In this document: positions 54,794 to 62,232 of the stretch, in pieces | How the letters are laid out: the number at the start of each line of letters is the position of its first letter | Position numbering within the stretch: position 1 is the first letter of the stretch | Source: Dehalococcoidia bacterium | Lineage (GTDB): Bacteria > Chloroflexota > Dehalococcoidia > SM23-28-2 > RBG-16-64-32 | Direction of reading: 5' to 3' | NCBI GenBank assembly: GCA_034432935.1 | Contig: DAOUBD010000012.1 | Span: forward strand, 17,344-81,343 | Length of the DNA: 64,000 nt | Translations under genes and position numbers: made by a program | The notes under the pieces: model-generated | What the model was told of the DNA's origin: nothing | Seen by the model: the letters and a program-made list of their open reading frames with translations, nothing else | The model's database searches: none

Positions 54794-54861
54794 GGCGGGC
54801 CTCCTACATTTGATCGTTTCCAGATGCCGGCCCGAGGTTCCCCTGGGGCAGCGCCGAGGCC

Positions 54862-54930
54862 ATTATCCGTCGCAGAAAACTGTCCTGTCAGTCGGGCAGC
54901 GCCCCACAATGGGTGGGGCCTAACCCGACG
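54862..54930 (-). promoter_or_regulatory. Tandem palindromic operator plus -10 box (site 6 of 7), upstream of the NMO-etfBA operon
   Basis: Minus strand: CGTCGGG-ttagg-CCCCACC / TGTGGGG-cgctg-CCCGACT / 22 nt / GATAAT. Confidence 0.7.
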
Positions 54931-55021
54931 GCCGGCGGCCACGGGCGCTTCGGTAATCTGGAACGCTGCAGCCCTTATACCAGCCGGATGCAAGATCGCA
55001 TAGGCAAACGGTCATCACCTG

Positions 55022-55090
55022 TGTAGGGGAAAGCCTGACACGACATACCGGGAACGCCCGACAGACACGACGCCAGGCTGGCAAAACAAT
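55022..55090 (+). promoter_or_regulatory. Tandem palindromic operator plus -10 box (site 7 of 7), upstream of the 55139 operon
   Basis: TGTAGGG-gaaag-CCTGACA / degenerate left arm-CCCGACA / 21 nt / AACAAT. Confidence 0.65.
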
Positions 55091-55138
55091 GTGGCAAGAA
55101 CGGTGAGCCTCGCTAGCTCCCAGCCAGAGAGGAGACGT

Positions 55139-56347
55139 ATGATAGGCGCTCTCGATGGCATACGAGTCGTTGAACTCGGGCAAATGATCTCGGCGCCCTT
55201 CTGCGCCAAGATCATGGCCGACTATGGCGCCGACGTCATCAAGGTGGAGCCGCCCGCCGGCGATGTCGCCCGCGCCTGGGGGCCGTTCCCTGGCGATATC
55301 CCGGACCCGGAGAAAAGCGGGCTGTTTTTCTTCCTTAACACCAATAAGCGCGGCGTGACCCTAGACCTGGAGAACCCGGAAGGCCGCGGCCTTTTCCTGG
55401 AGCTCCTGCGCCGCGCGGACATCCTCGTCGAGAACCAGCGGCCGCAACAGATGCGGGCTTGGGGACTCGACTATGAGAGCATCGGCGCCATCAACCCCGA
55501 TCTGGTCATGATTTCCATCACTCCGTTCGGCCAGACCGGGCCCTACAGCGACTGGAACGGCTACGATATCAACGCCTTTCACCTGACGGCCTCCGGACAC
55601 CGCTACCTGGGTCGCCCGGGCCAGGCGCCGTTGGAGCCCGGCACCTTCACGGCCGACTTCTTCGGCGCCTATGCGGCCGCGGCCTGGGGCCTGGCGGCCC
55701 TTTTCGGGCGGCCCCTGGTGGGCGGGGGCCAGCAGATCGACGTGTCATGTGCGGAGGTGATCGCAGCCCTGTTCACGGGCGCCGAGAACATCGGGGGCTA
55801 CTATCAAGACGGGGTTTTCGAGCGCCGCACCGGCGTTGGGATGCCTCTGGGTGCCCCGGCCACCATACTTCCTTGCAAGGACGGCTACGTCTGGATGCTG
55901 GCCCTCGAGCCCGGTCAGTGGCGTGGCCTGGCCAGGGCTATGGGCGACCCCGATTGGACGCAGCTCGAAATGTTCCTGGACATGTTCACCCGCGCTCAGA
56001 ACGCCGAAGCCATGTACCCACTCATCACAGAGTGGACGATGCAGCACACTAAGCAGGAGATCATGGACCTCTGCCAGGCCAACGGCTGCCCCACCACTGC
56101 CGTCTATAACGTCCAGGAGGTCGCCGAGCATCCGCACCTGAGGGCCCGGGAGTTCATCCGGGAGCTGGAACACCCAGCTCTCGGGAGGGTGAAGGACATC
56201 GGCGCACCCATCCGATTAGCCGAAGGGGTCCTGGGGCCCGTGCAGCCAGCGCCTCTTTTGGGCCAGCATAACCAGGAGGTGTACGGCACTCTAATTGGCA
56301 GGAGCAGCGAAGAGTTGGAGGAGCTGCGCCGGAAAGGAGTCATCTGA
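55139..56347 (+). CDS. CaiB/BaiF CoA-transferase, subunit matching the N-half of 3566-5971
   Basis: PEKSGLFFFLNTNKR, ADFFG and KQEIMDLCQANGCP are shared with the fused gene. ATG 55139. Confidence 0.92.
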   Translation: MIGALDGIRVVELGQMISAPFCAKIMADYGADVIKVEPPAGDVARAWGPFPGDIPDPEKSGLFFFLNTNKRGVTLDLENPEGRGLFLELLRRADILVENQRPQQMRAWGLDYESIGAINPDLVMISITPFGQTGPYSDWNGYDINAFHLTASGHRYLGRPGQAPLEPGTFTADFFGAYAAAAWGLAALFGRPLVGGGQQIDVSCAEVIAALFTGAENIGGYYQDGVFERRTGVGMPLGAPATILPCKDGYVWMLALEPGQWRGLARAMGDPDWTQLEMFLDMFTRAQNAEAMYPLITEWTMQHTKQEIMDLCQANGCPTTAVYNVQEVAEHPHLRAREFIRELEHPALGRVKDIGAPIRLAEGVLGPVQPAPLLGQHNQEVYGTLIGRSSEELEELRRKGVI

Positions 56348-56349
56348 GG

Positions 56350-57570
56350 ATGCCTGGCAAGCTGCCTCTGGAAGGTGTGCGCGTTGCGAACTTCGGCTGG
56401 GGTTGGCTTGGGCCCGTCTTCGGCCAAACCCTGAGCTTCCTCGGCGCCGAGGTCTACAAGATCGAGTCGCGCGCGCGCATCGATATCAATCGCATGCTGC
56501 CTCCCTTCGCCGAAGGCATCCGGGACCCAGACCGCAGTCTTCAAAATCACGCCTGCTGGGCGGGCAACGGCAGCATAACCCTCAATCTCAAGAAGCCCGA
56601 AGCCCAGGAGCTGGCCCGCCGGCTGGTGGCCATCTCTGACATAGCGGGGGAAAACTTTGGCCCAGGCGTCATGGCCAAATTCGGCCTGGGATACGAGGAC
56701 CTGCGCAGAGTGAACGAGACCATCATCCTGGTGTCCATGCCGGCCGCTGGCCTCTTCGGGACCCTCAAGGACGTTCGGACGTATGGCATGAGCCTGAGCA
56801 GCCTTGCGGGCCTCGATAGCACCACCGGATATGATGACGGGGTGCCGGTTCCTTTCGAGAACGCCTTCGCCGACCCCCTGGGTGGCGTCGTTGGCGCGCT
56901 GGCCGCCGTCTTGGCGCTTTTCCACCGCCAGCGCACGGGTCGCGGCCAGCACATCGACTACTCTCAGCAGGAAGGGGTCATGCAGATGATGGGGCCCCAC
57001 TTCATGGACTACTTCTTCAACGGCCGCGTGGCCGGGCCCATCAGCAACAAACATCCTTTGCGAGCTGCGGCACCCCATGGGGTCTTCCCTTGCGCCGGAG
57101 ACGACCGCTGGATAAGCATCGCCGTTTTCACCGACCACGAATGGCTAGGACTCGTTCGCGCCATGGGGACGCCAGGCTGGGCAGCCGCCGCCGAGTTCAG
57201 CACCAGGGAAGCGCGAATTCGTAACATCGATGCCCTTCACGAGAGAATCGCCGCCTGGACTCGTGATCAGGATGATTACGAGCTGGCGGCCTTGCTTCAA
57301 AGACATGGCGTGGCCGCGGCGCCCGTCGCCAATATCGCCGACCTTCTCGACGATCCCCACTACAAGGCCCGGGGCACATTTATCGAGGTCCAACACCCCC
57401 TGGGGTTCAAGGAGATGATCTACGGCTCCTACGTCAAGATGAGCCGTAGCCAGCCTCGCGTAAGGCCGGGGCCCTACATGGGGCAGGACAACGACTACGT
57501 CTTCCGGGAGCTCCTTGGCCTCTCGGAGGAACGGTACCGGCAGCTCAAGGAGGAAGAAGTCATATTTTGA
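56350..57570 (+). CDS. CaiB/BaiF CoA-transferase, subunit matching the C-half of 3566-5971
   Basis: LPLEGVRV, RSLQNHA.WAGNGSITL, ENAFADP and HGVFPCAGDDRWISIAV are shared. Confidence 0.92.
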   Translation: MPGKLPLEGVRVANFGWGWLGPVFGQTLSFLGAEVYKIESRARIDINRMLPPFAEGIRDPDRSLQNHACWAGNGSITLNLKKPEAQELARRLVAISDIAGENFGPGVMAKFGLGYEDLRRVNETIILVSMPAAGLFGTLKDVRTYGMSLSSLAGLDSTTGYDDGVPVPFENAFADPLGGVVGALAAVLALFHRQRTGRGQHIDYSQQEGVMQMMGPHFMDYFFNGRVAGPISNKHPLRAAAPHGVFPCAGDDRWISIAVFTDHEWLGLVRAMGTPGWAAAAEFSTREARIRNIDALHERIAAWTRDQDDYELAALLQRHGVAAAPVANIADLLDDPHYKARGTFIEVQHPLGFKEMIYGSYVKMSRSQPRVRPGPYMGQDNDYVFRELLGLSEERYRQLKEEEVIF

Positions 57571-57616
57571 GCGCCGCCTTGCGCCGCTTGGAGGCGCATC
57601 GCGCGGGGAGGCCATC

Positions 57617-58375
57617 GTGACCACTCGCTTTCAAGATTACGCTAACAAGTACCAGAACATTCGAATGGAGCGTCGCAATGGCGTGCTTCAGATGACCTTC
57701 CACACGGACGGCGGCCCCATGGTCTGGAACGAGGTCACCCACCGGGAATTCGGCTACGCCTTCACTGATGTAGGGGCGGACCCCGAAAATCGGGTGGTGA
57801 TCATCACGGGTGCTGGGGATGACTTTTGCACGCAGATCGTGGCCGACGACTGGGACCTTACGGCCCCCCGCAAGTGGGACAAGGTGTACTGGGAGGGCAA
57901 GAGGCTGATCCAAAACCTGCTGGACATCGAGGTGCCCGTCATCGCTGCTGTCAACGGCCCTTGCACCATCCACTCGGAGCTCGCCGTGCTGAACGACATC
58001 GTCCTCTGCTCTGATACCGCCTATTTTCAGGACGCCGCCCACTTCGCGACCTTCAACGCCGTACCCGGCGATGGCGTCCACGTCATCTGGCCTCTCCTTT
58101 TGGGCATGAACCGCGGCCGCTACTTTCTACTTACGGGCCAGAAGATCTCTGCCCAGGAGGCCAAAAACCTGGGTGTCGTGGCAGAGGTGCTGCCCAAGGA
58201 GAAGCTCTTGCCGAGGGCCTGGGAGCTGGCCGAAGAGATGGCCCAGAAACCGATCCTCGCCCTCCGTTACACCAGGGTCGCCCTCACCATCCGCCTCAAG
58301 CGCCTCATGCAAGAGGCGACCGGCTACGGCCTCGCGCTGGAGGGTCATGGGCTGGTGGACTTCTCCTGCCCGTAA
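57617..58375 (+). CDS. camK: 6-oxocamphor hydrolase-like beta-diketone hydrolase (crotonase fold)
   Basis: Follows Rhodococcus CamK as I recall it along its length (FQDYANKYQNIRMER, IEVPVIAAVNGP, PGDGVHVIWP..LGMNRGRYFLLTGQ, LLPRAWELA). Equivalents of W40, H45, H122, H145, D154 and E244 all appear present. GTG 57617. Confidence 0.85.
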   Translation: MTTRFQDYANKYQNIRMERRNGVLQMTFHTDGGPMVWNEVTHREFGYAFTDVGADPENRVVIITGAGDDFCTQIVADDWDLTAPRKWDKVYWEGKRLIQNLLDIEVPVIAAVNGPCTIHSELAVLNDIVLCSDTAYFQDAAHFATFNAVPGDGVHVIWPLLLGMNRGRYFLLTGQKISAQEAKNLGVVAEVLPKEKLLPRAWELAEEMAQKPILALRYTRVALTIRLKRLMQEATGYGLALEGHGLVDFSCP

Positions 58376-58380
58376 TCCAG

Positions 58381-59574
58381 ATGCCGTTCCTGAAAAACTA
58401 CCGCCTCCTGGACCTGGCCTGGTTCGGGCCGGGGCCCTTCTGCGCCCGCCTCTTGGGCGACCTGGGCTTCGACGTCATCAAGATCGTCGAGGTCAACGCT
58501 GGCGCCGGTCGCCGCGGCGGGCGGCGTTTCCAGGTACCGCAGATCTTCCACCGGCCGACCCCCGACGCCAGGTTTCTCGGGATACGTAACGCGCGCAGCA
58601 TAGCCCTGAACCTGAAGTCCGAAAGGGGCCTCGCCGTCTTCCAGCGGCTGGTTCGAGGGGCCGACGCCCTTCAGGAAGGCTTCCGGCCCGGGGTCGCAGA
58701 CCGTCTGGGCATAGGCTACAAAGCGGTGAAAGCCATCAAGCCTGACATCGTGTACGCCTCCATCACTGGCTATGGCCAGGACGGGCCCTACGCCCAAAAG
58801 CCGGGCCACGACCTTAATTATCTGTCCATCGCCGGTTTCATAGATATGAACGGCCGCGCCGCAGGACCGCCGGCCATACCGGGCACCGTCATAGCTGACT
58901 ATGCGGCCGGCGGGATGTCGGCGGCTGTTCACATACTTGCCGCCCTCCTACGGCGCGAAGCCACAGGCCAGGGCGCCTACTGCGATGTCTCCATGACGGA
59001 CGCCGCCTTTGAGATCAACAGCATCCTGGTCGATACGTACCTGGCGTCAGGGCTCGAGCCGCGCCGCGGCCAGACCCTCACTTCCGGGTTCTGGCCATGG
59101 TACGACGTCTACGAGACGAAGGATGGGAGATACATATCTTTGGCCTGCGTCGAGCCCTGGTTCTACGAGTCCCTCTGCAAGGCGATTGGCCGGGAGGACC
59201 TCCTGGGCGGCCAGTGGGACCTGGAGCGCCGTGAACAGACCAAGCGGGAGTTCACCGACCTCTTCAAGAGCGAGACCCGCGACCACTGGGTGAAAGTCTT
59301 CGCCAACGCCGATGTCTGCTTCGCGCCAGTGAACTCCATCGCCGAGGCGGTGGAGGACCCCCAAATCCAGGCCAGAGGCATGGTGCGGCAGGTTGTGCAT
59401 CCGCTCCATGGCAGGGCACGAGCCCTGGGCTCCATGCTCAAGTTCGATGGACAAGAGATCGAGTATCGGCAATGGATAACGGAGCCCGGGCAGCACACCA
59501 CCGAGGTGCTTCTAGAGGCTGGCCTCTCTCAGGAAGAGATCGACGACCTGCGGGCCGCGGGCGATATCGGCTAG
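58381..59574 (+). CDS. CaiB-fold protein, alpha-methylacyl-CoA racemase (AMACR/Mcr)-like
   Basis: GHDLNY and ADYAAGG correspond to the Mcr His/Asp pair motifs (GHDINY, GDFGGG). GFRPGVADRLG. Confidence 0.75.
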   Translation: MPFLKNYRLLDLAWFGPGPFCARLLGDLGFDVIKIVEVNAGAGRRGGRRFQVPQIFHRPTPDARFLGIRNARSIALNLKSERGLAVFQRLVRGADALQEGFRPGVADRLGIGYKAVKAIKPDIVYASITGYGQDGPYAQKPGHDLNYLSIAGFIDMNGRAAGPPAIPGTVIADYAAGGMSAAVHILAALLRREATGQGAYCDVSMTDAAFEINSILVDTYLASGLEPRRGQTLTSGFWPWYDVYETKDGRYISLACVEPWFYESLCKAIGREDLLGGQWDLERREQTKREFTDLFKSETRDHWVKVFANADVCFAPVNSIAEAVEDPQIQARGMVRQVVHPLHGRARALGSMLKFDGQEIEYRQWITEPGQHTTEVLLEAGLSQEEIDDLRAAGDIG

Positions 59575-59996
59575 CCCTCTGCCTCTGGTATCCGCCGGAA
59601 CTTGGGCAGCGTTACCTCCTCGGTCACCTTTTCGAACACCACCTCCACCGGCATGTCCATCTGAATTTCGTCCGGTGGGCAATCCACCAGTGTCGTCACC
59701 AAGCGCACCCCCTCCTCCGTCTCCACCACCACCGCCGCGTACGGCACTTCGTTCATGAAGGCGGGGTGCATCGGCCGGGCCGCCACCGTCCAAGTGAAGA
59801 CGCGGCCGCGTCCGCTGGACCTTGCCCATTCCCAGTTCCAGGAGCCGCATGAAGCGCACATCTCTCGCGGGACGTGCCGCCACTGGCCGCAGTCCTTGCA
59901 TCGCTGGAATCGCAGCTCCCCATGCTTGCAATACTCGTAGAACTGCTTCGTCATGCCCACCATGGCGGGTAGAGGCTTGCTGTATCCCGTGTCCAT
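59571..59996 (-). CDS. DUF35 Zn-ribbon/OB-fold protein
   Basis: QRCKDCG...CASCGS, SGRGRVFTWT, VETEEGVR. Confidence 0.9.
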   Translation of the reverse strand: MDTGYSKPLPAMVGMTKQFYEYCKHGELRFQRCKDCGQWRHVPREMCASCGSWNWEWARSSGRGRVFTWTVAARPMHPAFMNEVPYAAVVVETEEGVRLVTTLVDCPPDEIQMDMPVEVVFEKVTEEVTLPKFRRIPEAEG

Positions 59997-60014
59997 AGGG
60001 TCCCCTCGCGGAAA

Positions 60015-61184
60015 CTAACGCCTCAGTATGGCGATGCTGCCATCGCCGAAGTCGCCCCAACCAGTAACCACGCCGATCTTAGCGTCAGGCACCTGCCGCT
60101 CGCCTGCCTGGCCCCGAAGCTGCCTCACGGCCTCCACCACATGGCTCATGCCCAGTACGTGGGCCTCTGACAGTAATCCACCGTGGGTATTCACCGGCAG
60201 CTCGCCGCCCAGCTCGATGCGGCCCCCCTCTACAAAGGGCCCCCCCTCGCCCCGCTTGCAGAACCCCGCCTCCTCCAACTGCTGGATGACTTCGAACGTG
60301 AAGCAGTCGTAGATCTCGGCGAAGTCGACGTCCGCAGGCGTGACCCCCGCCATGCGAAACGCCAGTGGCGCAGCGTACGTCAGGCCGACGGTGAAGATGT
60401 CACGCCGGTTGGTGATGTCGTCGGCGGGGTACGGGTGCCCTTCAGCGATTCCCATGATGTACACCGGCGGCTGCCGGAGGTCTCGCGCCCTTTCGGCGGT
60501 GGTAACGACCACAGCCGCGCCGCCATCCGATTCCAAACAGCAGTCGAACAGCCGGTAGGGGTCCGAGATGATGGGCGAGGCCATGTAGTCCTCCAACGTC
60601 ATGGGCCGCCCGTACATGATGGCCTTCGGGTTTAGCTGGGCGTGCTTGCGCATGGCCACCGCCACGGCACCGAGGTGCTCCGGCTTGGTTCCGAACTCGT
60701 GCATGTGCCGTCGAGCCATGAGGGAAAACCATTGAAGCGGCGCCGTCAGCCCATACGGGATGTAGTAATCACGCGCTACTAGGCCTCCTGACATCGCCGC
60801 TTGATCCGTGGTTACGATCTCCCGCACGCGGCGGCCCGAGTAACCGTTCCAGCCGGCTGGCAGGAGGACGTAGTTGGCGATGCCCAGGACCACGGCCATG
60901 GCCGCCGACTGCAAGGCCGCCACCGAGGCCGCGCCGCCCATCTGGGAGGTCGCTGCGTAGCGAAGGTTCTCGATACCAAGGTTGACGGCGAAGTCCTCCG
61001 CTGTGTTGAGGTTGGGGAAGGGCAGCACGCCGTCTATGTCCTTCGGGGTCAACCCGGCATCCTCGATCGCCCGTATCGAGGCTTGTAGCTGGACCCCGAG
61101 TTGGCTGAGCCCGGAGCCCGGGCCGCGGGTGTACTCCGTCTCGCCGATGCCTACGATGCACGCCCTATCCCGTAGGGACTCCAT
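60015..61184 (-). CDS. Thiolase-like (SCP2-type) protein, divergent Ltp2 relative
   Basis: CIVGIGET, EIYDCFT, NTHGGLLSEAH. No Cys in GGAASV. Confidence 0.88.
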   Translation of the reverse strand: MESLRDRACIVGIGETEYTRGPGSGLSQLGVQLQASIRAIEDAGLTPKDIDGVLPFPNLNTAEDFAVNLGIENLRYAATSQMGGAASVAALQSAAMAVVLGIANYVLLPAGWNGYSGRRVREIVTTDQAAMSGGLVARDYYIPYGLTAPLQWFSLMARRHMHEFGTKPEHLGAVAVAMRKHAQLNPKAIMYGRPMTLEDYMASPIISDPYRLFDCCLESDGGAAVVVTTAERARDLRQPPVYIMGIAEGHPYPADDITNRRDIFTVGLTYAAPLAFRMAGVTPADVDFAEIYDCFTFEVIQQLEEAGFCKRGEGGPFVEGGRIELGGELPVNTHGGLLSEAHVLGMSHVVEAVRQLRGQAGERQVPDAKIGVVTGWGDFGDGSIAILRR

Positions 61185-61204
61185 CTTCTTCGCCTCCGGC
61201 TACC

Positions 61205-62185
61205 TCAAGCAGCCTTCTTAACGCGTTTAGTGGGTTCGATGCCCGTGAGCTTTGCCAGGTTGAGGCCCAGTATCTTGGCCCGTATCTCGTCGGTGATCTT
61301 GGGGTAGCCCCAGTTCTGTACTAGTTCCTCCGGGATATCAAAGTTCCGAATGTAGTCCACCACACGCTTGATGTCGTTGAAGGGAAGGTCAAGCCCCATC
61401 ACGATCTTGTCAGGCCCGCACCACTCCAAGGCCTCGCCGATGATGTGGTAACCGCGGTAGGGGGCCCGCGCGAACCAACCGACGATGCCGGATATGCTCA
61501 GGTAAAGGTTGGGGTGCTTCGCGGCCAGGCCGATGAGCTCCTCGTGGTAGGGCCAGCCCATGTGGTAAGCGATGATCTTCAGGTCCGGGAAATCCAGCAA
61601 GATGTCGTCCAACTGGATCGGAAGGGTGTACTTCCCGGGTTGGGGGACAACGTATGACTGGCCCGTGTGGATGGTCAAGGGGATCCCCAGCTCTGAGGCC
61701 TTGGCGTAGAAGGGCCACATGCGCTCGTCATTGAGGGGGCCGATGTCCTCCGGCTGGTACACCTTGCAGAGCTTGGCGTTTCGCTCTTTGACCAGGTACT
61801 CGAGTTCCCAGATGGCGTGTTTCACGCCACGGCGCAGCACCGGGCCCACGTTGCACTCCAGGTACATGCGGTCTGGATACGGTTCGATCTCCTTGAGGAT
61901 GAAGCCGTTGGTGGACATGCAGGCGGCGCCCCCGAAGACGTCCATCATGGGCTCTCGAAGGGCAAAGGCCACGTCCACGCCCGCCTCATCCATGTACTTG
62001 ATGAGGTTCTCCGCGCGGGGCGCTGGGAACTCTCCGTGCAACAGGCTGCGCCCGGACCAGGCCCGCATGACGCCCTCGACACTCTCCCACCACCGGCGCA
62101 CATCCGGATAGTACATGAGCTCCGAGATGTCGCCGAACATGTGGCATTCGCTGATGGCCACGAAAAAATCGTTCCGGTCCGCCAT
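61205..62185 (-). CDS. Amidohydrolase_2-family protein (decarboxylase/hydratase type)
   Basis: WPFYAKASELGIPLTIHTG, DFPDLKIIAYHMGWP, KHPNLYLSISG, MGLDLP, KILGLN. Confidence 0.85.
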   Translation of the reverse strand: MADRNDFFVAISECHMFGDISELMYYPDVRRWWESVEGVMRAWSGRSLLHGEFPAPRAENLIKYMDEAGVDVAFALREPMMDVFGGAACMSTNGFILKEIEPYPDRMYLECNVGPVLRRGVKHAIWELEYLVKERNAKLCKVYQPEDIGPLNDERMWPFYAKASELGIPLTIHTGQSYVVPQPGKYTLPIQLDDILLDFPDLKIIAYHMGWPYHEELIGLAAKHPNLYLSISGIVGWFARAPYRGYHIIGEALEWCGPDKIVMGLDLPFNDIKRVVDYIRNFDIPEELVQNWGYPKITDEIRAKILGLNLAKLTGIEPTKRVKKAA

Positions 62186-62232
62186 GTTAGACCTCCTTAG
62201 CTTCTGTGGTCGTTCATTGCTTACCTGTGAAC

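Noticed and set aside
341-57616. Over-long ORF-track starts (341, 3500, 9152, 12433, 20598, 24310, 34142, 39742, 45510, 46745, 51695, 52612, 55091, 57515)
   Set aside because: The extensions overlap neighbours or promoters. Downstream starts with SD or stop-start coupling match the family N-termini.
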